Positions 27,253 to 36,496 of a DNA stretch of 51,121 nucleotides are shown here, one piece after another. The DNA is from Bacteroidota bacterium (GTDB lineage: Bacteria; Bacteroidota; Bacteroidia; CAILMK01). Where the stretch lies: positions 1 through 51,121 of the forward strand of contig JAPLCZ010000168.1 in NCBI GenBank assembly GCA_026391915.1. The letters run 5' to 3'. The position numbers and the translations under genes were made by a program. The notes under the pieces were generated by a model. It searched no databases. It saw only the letters and a program-made list of their open reading frames with translations, and was not told the DNA's origin. Positions within the stretch are counted from its first letter, which is position 1. The number at the start of each line of letters is the position of its first letter.

Positions 27253-29478
27253 TTAATCTATAATTTTAAATCTGAGGCCTGCGTAAATTCTTCTGCCATC
27301 TACTGGGCCCCAAATCATGGAGGCATCAAAGTAATTGCTAAAGGGTTTTTCGTAAGCCAGTATTGGGTTGGGCTGGCGGTAATCCAATAGGTTTTCTGCC
27401 CCCGCAAAGATTGACCAATTCTTGAAATTTCGCGTTACTTGCAAATGGAAAATCCAGTAAGCAGGAGAACGGTAATTTAATTTATACTCCATAGGGTTGG
27501 TCTCTGTACTGGGTATTCTGGAGCTGCCAAACCAAAGGGCAGTGCCATCAAAAATCCACTTTTTAAATTGGGTAGCATAGCTGGTAGTAAACAAAAATCT
27601 TTGCTTGGGCACAAAAGGTTTATCCAGCAATTTGCCATTGTAAGTGGTCTTTACTTCATAGTATTTCCATGCTGTGCGCAACTCCAGATTTTTAATAGGG
27701 CTAAGGCTCACCTCTGCCTGAAAGCTATTGGCGTAAGATTGCCCCGCCAAATTATAAATCATAATTTGTTGCGGACTTTGTTCCAAATCAATCACCGTTT
27801 GTTTCTCAAAAAAAGTATAAAAATAATCTATACTGATGAAGCCTTTCCTCTTACCAAAGTTGATGTTTTGGGTAAGGCTACCGCCGCTGTTCCATGAGAC
27901 TTCTTGTGTGGGTTTATCCAAAATATAGAGTTGCCTGCTGCTTGCCCACACTGTCTGGTTTTCTGTAAAAATATGTGGGGTACGGTATCCTTTGCCAGTA
28001 GATAAACGCAGCGTTAAATTCTCATAAGGAGAATATTTCAAATGAATTCTTGGCGTGAAAAAGAATCCATAGTTGTTATGATAATCCCCTCTCAGACCAC
28101 CAACAGCAATAAATTTTGTGCTTGATAAAAAAGTATATTCCCCAAAAATACCCGGGATATATTCTTGTGTTTTGTAAGTAGAATCTTTACTGCTGATATG
28201 TGTTTTCTCCTCCAAATCATCCACAGAAAAGCTGCCACCAAACTTATACAAATGGTGGCTGCCCAATTTATTTTGGTGGATTACATTTCCGTAAAACTGT
28301 TTCTGCAAACCATTATAAGTATTCAACCCAAAGTAATTGTTTTGGGTGTGGTGGGTAACATTAAATTGTATGCCTGTGGATTTATCAGTACTGCTTTCTG
28401 AGAGAAAACCAATCTTAGAAAATGCTTCCCAACGCTGGGTATTAGCACCAATTCCATAATGGTTGGTGGTGAGTTTATCTGCCATCGGATTAAAGTTTAC
28501 TTGCCCACCTTGCCTATCTTGGTGCAACCCTTCCACACCAAATTGCAACTCTAGTTTCTTGCCATCAAAATACTCCCATTTGTTCAGGAAATTATATTGA
28601 TTAAAAAGAGGGGCATCCAAAAAGCCATCTTTATTTCTATCATTTTTTACAGGTAAAAAACTACCATGCAGCATAAGATTGGTAGCCAGTTTCCCATTAA
28701 TTATTTTGGTAAGGTAGGCGTTGGCTTCTCCTCTTCCCATTTCGTCAGCATATAAATACGCAAATAGTTTTTCGGAGTCAAACGGCTTTTGCAATTCCAC
28801 ATTTATCTGCCCTGCCATAGATTCAAAACCATTTACTACTGAGCCCGCCCCCTTGGTAATTTGTATAGATTGTATCCACGGCCCGGGGATATAACTGAGT
28901 CCATAAGTATTGGCAATCCCTTTAAGTGTGGGGATATTTTCTTGCAGTATCTGTGTATAAACGCCATCTAATCCAAGCATCCGAATTTGCTTAGCACCCG
29001 AAACTGCATCACTATAATTTACATCCACAGAGGCATTGGTTTCAAAGCTCTCAGAAAGGTTGCAACAGGCAGCCCTGCGTATCTCGCCAGAAGTTATGGT
29101 TTGTTGGTATTCCACTTTGGAATATCCAATTCCTGTTTTCTCTTTTTCTCCTTCTATCAACACCGTTTTTTGTTCCACTCCTTTCTGCAAAACAAAATCA
29201 ATTTTAGTTTGATTTATTACATTTACACTATCAGAAGTAAAGCCCATTAATGATGCTTTTAGGTAATAAGGATACTGTGGCGGAGGTGCAATTTTATAGT
29301 AGCCCACACTATCTGTAAGGGCAAAGATGGTTGTGCCTTGCCAGAACACCACCGCATTGTATAGGGGTAAATTCCCTGTTTTTGTGCTTTCATACACATG
29401 CCCCTCTATAGATTGAGCCTGTAGCCGAAGCCCAAAACTCAGGAGAGTTAGTATAATAATTATTAATAATTTTTTCAT
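27253..29478 (-). CDS. TonB-dependent receptor
   Basis: N-terminal carboxypeptidase-regulatory-like domain, plug RAACCNLSESFETN...GQINV, and C-terminal YAGLRFKI. Start MKKLL at 29478. Confidence 0.93.
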   Translation of the reverse strand: MKKLLIIIILTLLSFGLRLQAQSIEGHVYESTKTGNLPLYNAVVFWQGTTIFALTDSVGYYKIAPPPQYPYYLKASLMGFTSDSVNVINQTKIDFVLQKGVEQKTVLIEGEKEKTGIGYSKVEYQQTITSGEIRRAACCNLSESFETNASVDVNYSDAVSGAKQIRMLGLDGVYTQILQENIPTLKGIANTYGLSYIPGPWIQSIQITKGAGSVVNGFESMAGQINVELQKPFDSEKLFAYLYADEMGRGEANAYLTKIINGKLATNLMLHGSFLPVKNDRNKDGFLDAPLFNQYNFLNKWEYFDGKKLELQFGVEGLHQDRQGGQVNFNPMADKLTTNHYGIGANTQRWEAFSKIGFLSESSTDKSTGIQFNVTHHTQNNYFGLNTYNGLQKQFYGNVIHQNKLGSHHLYKFGGSFSVDDLEEKTHISSKDSTYKTQEYIPGIFGEYTFLSSTKFIAVGGLRGDYHNNYGFFFTPRIHLKYSPYENLTLRLSTGKGYRTPHIFTENQTVWASSRQLYILDKPTQEVSWNSGGSLTQNINFGKRKGFISIDYFYTFFEKQTVIDLEQSPQQIMIYNLAGQSYANSFQAEVSLSPIKNLELRTAWKYYEVKTTYNGKLLDKPFVPKQRFLFTTSYATQFKKWIFDGTALWFGSSRIPSTETNPMEYKLNYRSPAYWIFHLQVTRNFKNWSIFAGAENLLDYRQPNPILAYEKPFSNYFDASMIWGPVDGRRIYAGLRFKIID

Positions 29479-29553
29479 TGATGTTTTAAGTAATTTAAGT
29501 TGAAACAAACGCCACAACATCCATCAAATAAAGATGGATAATTTACTTAAAAT

Positions 29554-29946
29554 CTATAACCTGAAAGACTGGGAAAGCAAGACAATATCCTTGCTTGTAG
29601 GTGGTGAAGAATCACTGAAAAGTTTTGTTGGATTCCCAATTAAAACTAAAGAAGGTATAGGGGTTTTAAAAACTTCTACATAAGAAAAAAACGAAATTGT
29701 TTTCGCTGAAATATTGCTCAGAATAGTTTTAGTATCCACCTTAGCATATTTAAAAACAGAGGCACAACAATCATCCGTTTGGGTAGCCTCATCACAATCT
29801 GTAACACACCCGTTATCTTCCAAAATAGAATACTCTTTTTCACCACTCATCAGGCAAATATGCTCTGTATAAGGCACACCAATAGTAGCAGTAAGCACTA
29901 TGGCAATTAGTATGAGAGTGGCAGTATTTTTAAGAAAGTTTTTCAC
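29554..29946 (-). CDS. HYC_CC_PP family protein
   Basis: HIC, DDCC and SSPP motifs. Lies upstream of the TBDR, with -7 box TATCTTTG. Confidence 0.82.
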   Translation of the reverse strand: MKNFLKNTATLILIAIVLTATIGVPYTEHICLMSGEKEYSILEDNGCVTDCDEATQTDDCCASVFKYAKVDTKTILSNISAKTISFFSYVEVFKTPIPSLVLIGNPTKLFSDSSPPTSKDIVLLSQSFRL

Positions 29947-29990
29947 GTAAAAATCTTAAGGCAAAGATAAGGCAAAGCTGGAATCTCATT

Positions 29991-30386
29991 TTAAAGAAAC
30001 CTCTCTTTTAGGTTTGCATCAGGCATGCGGCAAGCGTCTCTTTTGCCAAACCATTTATATCTGTTTGCTGCTATAAAATCATACACCCAATTTCGGATGA
30101 ATGGCGGAACAATTATAAAAACATAAAACAAACTCCAGCCTTTGTTTAAGTGCCTTGCTATGCGCAATGCAGCTGTGGATTTGGTATAGTACTTATCACC
30201 CTCCACCAATTTTATGGAGTCCATTTCTTTGGGGTCAAGCCCAAATTTAATCAGCAATTTTTCCGCAACCTCCGATTGCAAAGCGGCAAACTGAAACTTT
30301 GCTTTTGGGTCGTGGTCAATAATAAAATTAACACTCCCATTGCAGAGGTTGCACACGCCATCAAAAAGCACAATGGATTTTTCCAT
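29991..30386 (-). CDS. DCC1/YuxK-like thiol-disulfide oxidoreductase
   Basis: LFDGVCNLC (DxxCxxC) and YDFIAANRYKWFG. Confidence 0.93.
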   Translation of the reverse strand: MEKSIVLFDGVCNLCNGSVNFIIDHDPKAKFQFAALQSEVAEKLLIKFGLDPKEMDSIKLVEGDKYYTKSTAALRIARHLNKGWSLFYVFIIVPPFIRNWVYDFIAANRYKWFGKRDACRMPDANLKERFL

Positions 30387-30452
30387 ATCGTTTCAAAATT
30401 ACAACCTTATTCTGTTGACAATTTTAGTGGCCGGATAAACTAATTTCGCCAT

Positions 30453-30971
30453 GTGAAAAAGATAGGAATCCTAAGTGATACCCACGGCTATATGGATGAC
30501 CGTATTCTACATTTTTTGGCGGGCTGTGATGAGATATGGCATGCAGGAGATTGGGGAAATTTTGCTGTGGCAGAAGCCCTGATGAAACTTGCCCCACTGC
30601 GTGGTGTTTATGGCAATATTGATGGGCAAGATATCCGACTTACATTCCATGAGGACACTTATTTTATGTGTGAGGAAATGAAGATTTGGATTCACCATAT
30701 TGGTGGCACGCCGGGCAGGTATTCCCCTGATGTGCGCACAAAAATGCCGCAGATAAAACCTGATATTTTTATCTGCGGCCATTCTCATATTCTCAAAGTG
30801 ATGCGGGATGCCAAACACAATCTTCTTTACATTAATCCCGGTGCGGCGGGCAAGCATGGTTTCCATAAAGTGCGTACTTTAATTCTTATGGAAATTGAAG
30901 GTAAGAAAGTTACTAAAATGAATGCTGTTGAGCTTGGCCCTAGGAGTGAGTTGGATATTGAACCTGTGTAA
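30453..30971 (+). CDS. YfcE/MJ0936-family metallophosphoesterase
   Basis: SDTHG, HAGD, GNID, GHSH and NPGA. GTG start. Confidence 0.93.
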   Translation: MKKIGILSDTHGYMDDRILHFLAGCDEIWHAGDWGNFAVAEALMKLAPLRGVYGNIDGQDIRLTFHEDTYFMCEEMKIWIHHIGGTPGRYSPDVRTKMPQIKPDIFICGHSHILKVMRDAKHNLLYINPGAAGKHGFHKVRTLILMEIEGKKVTKMNAVELGPRSELDIEPV

Positions 30972-30974
30972 AGA

Positions 30975-31325
30975 TTACAAGACAGGATTCATACTTTCTG
31001 CAAGTAGTTTATCTAGGATGATTTTGATTTCTCTTTTAGAGTTATCATTAAATCCTTTCTTTGTAAAAACAACTTTTCCATCCATAAAGAAAAGAAGTGT
31101 TGGTACACTTCTGATACCAAACTCAATAGCCTTATCCATGAATTTATTTGCATCAATTTTTGCAACTATTACCTTGTTAACAAAATCATCTGAGATTTGG
31201 GCTATAACAGGGCTAATGATTTCACACCACCCGCATCCATCTTTAGAATAAAAATCCACCAACACAGGTGTTTTTGCATTTAATACTACTTCATTAAAAT
31301 TTTCTGAGGTTAATTCTTTTGTCAT
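30975..31325 (-). CDS. Thioredoxin-family protein with atypical CGWC site
   Basis: VLVDFY..CGWC...GIRSVPTLLFF (cis-Pro loop). Confidence 0.88.
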   Translation of the reverse strand: MTKELTSENFNEVVLNAKTPVLVDFYSKDGCGWCEIISPVIAQISDDFVNKVIVAKIDANKFMDKAIEFGIRSVPTLLFFMDGKVVFTKKGFNDNSKREIKIILDKLLAESMNPVL

Positions 31326-31386
31326 AATTGTTTTTATTTATGTTTAAGAATTAATACCTGTTTTGGGAAATTATCACCCAAAAAAT

Positions 31387-31950
31387 TTATAAAAGCTTGA
31401 GCTTGGTTGCTTTCTTCTTTAGCTGCATTTTGCATTTGTTTTTTTGCGTGGTAGCAGTGCCTTTATTTTTCCAACCCATCTTTGCCATAAGGTGGGTCAT
31501 GGGTTCATTATAAAAATAAATAGACTTTAAAACCAACTGGCAGTTTTCAGTAATCTGAGATAACCACTCATGAATTTGCTCTTCCTTATCCCTCTCAGGT
31601 TCTATTTCAAACACGCGGGTTTCGGGTTGTTGGTAACAGGATTCTATGGCAGGATTATATTCTGAAATAATGAGTTTATCATCTCTCAATTTTTTAAGCC
31701 ACATATTTTTGGCAATGGAATATAAGTAGGTTTTAAGGGTAGCACTAAGTTTAAAATCCGGCTGTTGTACCTTTTGGAAAAGTACAATTTGCGCCTCTTG
31801 GAAGATGTCTTTTGCATCTTCATAATTCCCCATATTCTTGGTTACGTAATAGGAAATGGGCTTAAAGAAATCTTTCCTTAATTGTTTAAAAGAGGCATTG
31901 TCCCCCGCCCTTAATTGTTGGATGAGTTGATGGTCAGAAATAGTTTGCAT
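31387..31950 (-). CDS. ECF RNA polymerase sigma-70 factor
   Basis: Region 2 EDAKDIFQE..TYLYSIAKNMWLKKLR and a region 4 HTH-like C-terminus. Confidence 0.9.
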   Translation of the reverse strand: MQTISDHQLIQQLRAGDNASFKQLRKDFFKPISYYVTKNMGNYEDAKDIFQEAQIVLFQKVQQPDFKLSATLKTYLYSIAKNMWLKKLRDDKLIISEYNPAIESCYQQPETRVFEIEPERDKEEQIHEWLSQITENCQLVLKSIYFYNEPMTHLMAKMGWKNKGTATTQKNKCKMQLKKKATKLKLL

Positions 31951-32016
31951 TGCAACGAATGAGTTATTACTCTTTATTCCAAAATCTGCAAATTATCACC
32001 CATCTGGCTCCGAAAA

Positions 32017-32778
32017 TTATTTATCCAAAAACTGGAAAAAGGTATCACCTCTTAAACCAATACGGGTGGTTTCCAAAGCTATTACTTCGTTAAAAGCAAT
32101 GTTGCCAAAGTTGGCATTTTGGCCCAGCAATTTTATAAACCAAACTTGCTGCTGTTTGTTGGGTGCTTCCCAAATTATTTTTTCAGAGGGCAGTTGGGTT
32201 AGGATTTCCTCAATCAGGCCACCGCGTATTTCGCCATTGCCGCGGAAGATTCCAACATTGCCACCTTCTCTTGCTTCTGCAATTACTTTCCATGAGCCGG
32301 CACTAAGTTCCTGTTTCATTAATTCAATCCATTTGTAGGGTGGGATTACAACTTCTGCATCCTTGCTCCCCACTTCTGATAGCACCGTAAAATCTTTGGC
32401 AAGGGTGGCAATATATTCACATTTTACCTCTGGGTTTAAGGTTATGGAGCCGTCAGAAACTTCTACGGTAGCCATATTATATTCATCCAATAGCTTTCTG
32501 AAATCATCAAACTTATTACGGATAATAAAGGCTTCAAACAAAGTTCCGCCGAAGTAAGGCATCAGCCCGGCTTCTCTATAAACTGCAATTTTTTCTTTGA
32601 GATGCGGGGTAACATAGGCAGAGCCAAAACCGAGTTTTATGAGGTCAACATAATCACCACACACAGAACAAAAGTCTTCTGCCTCACGCAGACTCACGCC
32701 TTTATCCATCACCATGGTGATGCCGTTTTCGCGTGGCTTTTGTGTACGTTCCGGAATTTGAGAAAGAGAAAAATTCAT
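32017..32778 (-). CDS. comA: Phosphosulfolactate synthase (ComA family)
   Basis: TMVMDKG, KLGFG, GGTLFE, EVSDGS, SEVGSK, EARE, WEAP and GLRGDT. Confidence 0.92.
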   Translation of the reverse strand: MNFSLSQIPERTQKPRENGITMVMDKGVSLREAEDFCSVCGDYVDLIKLGFGSAYVTPHLKEKIAVYREAGLMPYFGGTLFEAFIIRNKFDDFRKLLDEYNMATVEVSDGSITLNPEVKCEYIATLAKDFTVLSEVGSKDAEVVIPPYKWIELMKQELSAGSWKVIAEAREGGNVGIFRGNGEIRGGLIEEILTQLPSEKIIWEAPNKQQQVWFIKLLGQNANFGNIAFNEVIALETTRIGLRGDTFFQFLDK

Positions 32779-32792
32779 GCTGCGAAGCTACG

Positions 32793-34199
32793 TTAGCTTT
32801 CGCTTTTTATCCTTTGTATAAGGGCAAGAACTCTAGGATTATGTTCTAATTCCCAAAAATAATTAAAGAGGGATTGGTCAACTTCTTTGTTGGTAGAAAG
32901 GGCAAGTTCAAGATAGCCGTCAGCCTCTTTTTCAAAACCATATTCATACATCATACCCGCGTACATCACCAATAAATCAGGGTGGCTACCATGGATAATT
33001 ACCCCGTGCTTTACCTCAGTAATGGCATCCGGCATTTTATCATTAATATATAAAATGAATATATAATCTTTGAGGTATTGCAGATTATTAGGTTCCAGTT
33101 TTAAGGCTTTTAAATGCGCATCCTCAGAGTTTTGCATTTCCTCCATGTGCAGATAGCAACTTGCTAAATAAGAATAATTGCTGGCAGAATTCGGTTCAAA
33201 TTTTATAGCACCTTTCAGGTAACCCACTGCAATATCAAACCTATCCTCATAATAAAAACTTAAGCCCATCCCAGCCCATGATTCTGCATGTTTTGGGTTT
33301 AGCTCTATAGATTTATTATAGTAATCTCTGGCTGAAATATAATCACTCAGCATATTGTAAGAGTTGCCTGCGTAAGAGTAAAGGTTTGCATTTTTAGCAT
33401 CCAACTGAATGCATTTTTTCCAGCAATCTAAAGCACTTTGATAGTCCTCTTCAATCACATATAAATTCCCAAGATTAAAGTAAGCCTGATAATACTCTTT
33501 GCATAAATAGATGGAATTATCATATGCATCTTTGGCTCTTTTAAAATCATTGAGCCTTGTGTAAAGCACTCCAAGATTAAACCAAACGTGGTGGGCTTCG
33601 GGGTATTCATCAAGGTATTCTTTGTAATAGAAAATACTGGTTATGGTTTCCTCAATATTGTCATAGCAATAAGCAATTTCATACAATAACTGATGGTTTT
33701 GAGGATTGTGTTCAAGCGCTTCTTTCAGACACTCTATAGCAGTTTTGTATTCACCCTTTTTTTGATGGATAAGGGATTTCTGCATCAGTATTTCATCTTT
33801 TTGCATCCCATATCCTAGGGCAATATCATATTCCTCCAAAGCCTCTTTATCTCTTTTAAGAAAGGTTAATATGTTTGCCTTTTGCAAATAAATATCATGG
33901 TTAGAGGGCTCAAAAATCTGTGCCTTCTCAAGATATTTTAAGGCCTGTTCATGATTCCCTTTTTGCGCAAGCACACTTGATTTACGTACTAAAAAGCAAG
34001 AAGAATAAGGATGTTGTTTGGTGGCAGTTTCAATTATTTTATCTGCCTTTTCAAAATTCCCTTTCTGGAAAAAATAATCAATTACCAGTTCATATTCATC
34101 TGTTTCAAAAAAGAGATTGCTGCCTTCTTTGGTAGATTTTTCATAAAGCTTTATTAGCTCTATTACCTCTTTTTCGTAGTATTCAAATGAATCATCCAT
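32793..34199 (-). CDS. Tetratricopeptide-repeat protein
   Basis: Multiple TPRs (WFNLGVLY, YFNLGNLY, AESWAGMG). Likely start MDDSFEY at 34199. Confidence 0.9.
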   Translation of the reverse strand: MDDSFEYYEKEVIELIKLYEKSTKEGSNLFFETDEYELVIDYFFQKGNFEKADKIIETATKQHPYSSCFLVRKSSVLAQKGNHEQALKYLEKAQIFEPSNHDIYLQKANILTFLKRDKEALEEYDIALGYGMQKDEILMQKSLIHQKKGEYKTAIECLKEALEHNPQNHQLLYEIAYCYDNIEETITSIFYYKEYLDEYPEAHHVWFNLGVLYTRLNDFKRAKDAYDNSIYLCKEYYQAYFNLGNLYVIEEDYQSALDCWKKCIQLDAKNANLYSYAGNSYNMLSDYISARDYYNKSIELNPKHAESWAGMGLSFYYEDRFDIAVGYLKGAIKFEPNSASNYSYLASCYLHMEEMQNSEDAHLKALKLEPNNLQYLKDYIFILYINDKMPDAITEVKHGVIIHGSHPDLLVMYAGMMYEYGFEKEADGYLELALSTNKEVDQSLFNYFWELEHNPRVLALIQRIKSES

Positions 34200-34328
34200 G
34201 GGGTAGAATTGTGCACAGCACTTATACAAAGGTTAGCAGGAAATGGCAAACCACCAAAAGATTAGGGTTTTTATTTGTACACAATTGTGGGTTTTTACGC
34301 AAAGGCAATAATAATGGTGATAATATGC

Positions 34329-34997
34329 CTACTTATGTTCAGGAATTTTGAAGTTGTACTTCTTCATGAGGGCAGAGGGCTTTACTTTAATAATCTCCAC
34401 CTTCATTACAATATCTTTTAATGGGCGGTTATTGCTTTTGTCCTGGGGCTGGTCAGCAATTTTCTCTACCACATCCATCCCATAAACCACCTCACCATAT
34501 ACAGTGTATTTGCCATCAAGGTGTGGCGTCCCCTTTTTGTTATTAACAATATAAAACTGTGAGCCACTACTCCGCATCTCAGGGTTGCCGGTTCTTGCGG
34601 CAGCCACAGAACCATACTTATGGCTTATACTTGGTTTTATCTCAGGGTTGATGGTATAGGTCTTCCCTGTTTCATCATCAGGGTAAGTATCTGGTGCTTT
34701 GGTATAGGCAGGGCCACCATTACCATCATTGGTGGGGTCAGTGTCCTTTGAGTTTGGGTCGCCACCTTGTATCACAAAGTTCTTTATACAGCGGTGGAAA
34801 GTAGTTCCGTTATAAAATCCTTCCTTAGCAAGTTTAAAGAAATTGGCTTTGTGGTTGGGGGTTTCATCATATAGGTATAGATAAATATCCCCGAACTCTG
34901 TTGTTATTTTTACTATCTCTACAGTTTTTTCGCAGGCAGAAAAAATGAAGCAGAGCATCACAAAAAGGAAAGAAGTGAAAATGGATTTACGAAGCAT
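34329..34997 (-). CDS. Cyclophilin-type peptidyl-prolyl isomerase, lipoprotein
   Basis: FSAC lipobox; FHRCIKNFVIQGGD, SSGSQFYI and HLDGKYTVYG. Confidence 0.95.
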   Translation of the reverse strand: MLRKSIFTSFLFVMLCFIFSACEKTVEIVKITTEFGDIYLYLYDETPNHKANFFKLAKEGFYNGTTFHRCIKNFVIQGGDPNSKDTDPTNDGNGGPAYTKAPDTYPDDETGKTYTINPEIKPSISHKYGSVAAARTGNPEMRSSGSQFYIVNNKKGTPHLDGKYTVYGEVVYGMDVVEKIADQPQDKSNNRPLKDIVMKVEIIKVKPSALMKKYNFKIPEHK

Positions 34998-35083
34998 AAT
35001 GAATTGGTTGTTGTTAATGAATGTGCAAATTAAAGCATAGAAATTATTTTATACTTTTAAATTTCCCCAACAATTTATTAACC

Positions 35084-35392
35084 CTACTTCTTTGCGCCGG
35101 CAACCAGATATTTTAATATCAACTCTGCAGTAGCATCATCAATTTTTGCTTTCTTTTGCATAGGTGGAATAATTACTTGCCAACCCTTTTCATTGCGTTC
35201 ATTGGGCTTGGGCACTCCATGGCATTTGCCACAATTGGCTTTGCATAGTTGCATGCCTTTTTCAAGGTCAGTTAAAGGTTTTCCATTAGTAATGTCGGTA
35301 TCTTTTTGCGCAGGTTTGGTAAGGGATGCACATGCGGTAAGCGCTGCAATAGCACTAACAATAATTAAGGTTTTTACAGTTGTATATTTCAT
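35084..35392 (-). CDS. Small monohaem cytochrome c lipoprotein
   Basis: LTAC lipobox, CGKCH, and a candidate Met ligand in PPMQ. Confidence 0.82.
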   Translation of the reverse strand: MKYTTVKTLIIVSAIAALTACASLTKPAQKDTDITNGKPLTDLEKGMQLCKANCGKCHGVPKPNERNEKGWQVIIPPMQKKAKIDDATAELILKYLVAGAKK

Positions 35393-35521
35393 ATATTTAA
35401 TTTGTTTTGCGGCGTTTCACCAATTTTCATTCCTAATATTTTTATTGATGGCAATCCTAACAAATTTACATTTCGAATCTTTTTGTAGTTCAATAAATTT
35501 TGTTCTCCTTTGCTGTTAAAT

Positions 35522-36427
35522 ATGCTCTCCCCACAAAAGCGCACTGCCTATATCCAATTGCACATCTCTGTTTTTTTATGGGGATTCACTGCCATACTTG
35601 GTAAATTAATTTTGTTGAGAGAAGCACCTCTCATCTGGCACCGCACATGGATTACTTGTGTTGGCCTATTATTCCTCCCGGGTGTTATCAGGAATCTTAG
35701 AAAAATATCTTGGAAGGAGATAATTAAACTCTCGGGCATTGGTTGCCTTATTGGGGCACATTGGTTGTGTTTTTATGGCTCTATAAAATATGCCAATGTA
35801 TCTGTGGCTTTAAGTGCTTTGGCTACAGTTTCTCTGTTTGCCTCCATCATTGAACCCATCATTCTTAAAAAACCTTTTAAGGTTTATGAAATCCTTTTGG
35901 GGTTGATAGTAGTGCCCGCTATTATGCTGATTTTTCATTTTACCTATTACTATACTACAGGGATAATACTTGGACTATTAGCAGCGTTGGGTTCTGCAAT
36001 TTTCACCACCTTTAATAAGAAGATGGTAGCCAAACATGAAACCGGAAGCATCACTTTTATTGAGCTTTCTGCTGCTTTTATTTTCATCAGTATCATTATG
36101 CCTTTTTATTTAAAACTCTTCCCGGGTACAAGGCTTTTGCCTACGGCTATGGATTGGGTTTATATCATCATACTATCCCTTTTCTGTACTATTGTCCCTT
36201 TCATGCTTTCGTTAAAATCTCTCAGGCATCTCTCTGCATTTACCGCAACCCTTAGTGTAAACCTTGAGCCTATTTATGGGATAATAATGGCAATCTTTCT
36301 CTTTCATGAGGATAGAGAACTCAACTGGCAGTTTTATGCAGGCACACTCATGATTATTGCTGCAGTTTTTATTCATCCTTTTTTGATAAAAAGGTTTGAG
36401 AAATCTGCGCCTCAGGGTTCTGACTAA
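35522..36427 (+). CDS. DMT/EamA family transporter
   Basis: Two EamA repeats with about 10 TM helices; NLEPIYGI. Confidence 0.92.
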   Translation: MLSPQKRTAYIQLHISVFLWGFTAILGKLILLREAPLIWHRTWITCVGLLFLPGVIRNLRKISWKEIIKLSGIGCLIGAHWLCFYGSIKYANVSVALSALATVSLFASIIEPIILKKPFKVYEILLGLIVVPAIMLIFHFTYYYTTGIILGLLAALGSAIFTTFNKKMVAKHETGSITFIELSAAFIFISIIMPFYLKLFPGTRLLPTAMDWVYIIILSLFCTIVPFMLSLKSLRHLSAFTATLSVNLEPIYGIIMAIFLFHEDRELNWQFYAGTLMIIAAVFIHPFLIKRFEKSAPQGSD

Positions 36428-36431
36428 AACC

Positions 36432-36482
36432 CTTCGGCAGGCTCAGGATGACAGTGCGTTTGTCATTCTGAGCTTGCCGAAG
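36432..36482. repeat. REP-like palindrome between convergent genes (possible bidirectional terminator)
   Basis: cttcggcaggctcaggatgaca / tgtcattctgagcttgccgaag, 22-bp arms with two G-U-compatible mismatches. Confidence 0.8.
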
Positions 36483-36496
36483 AAGTGCGCAGGTCA

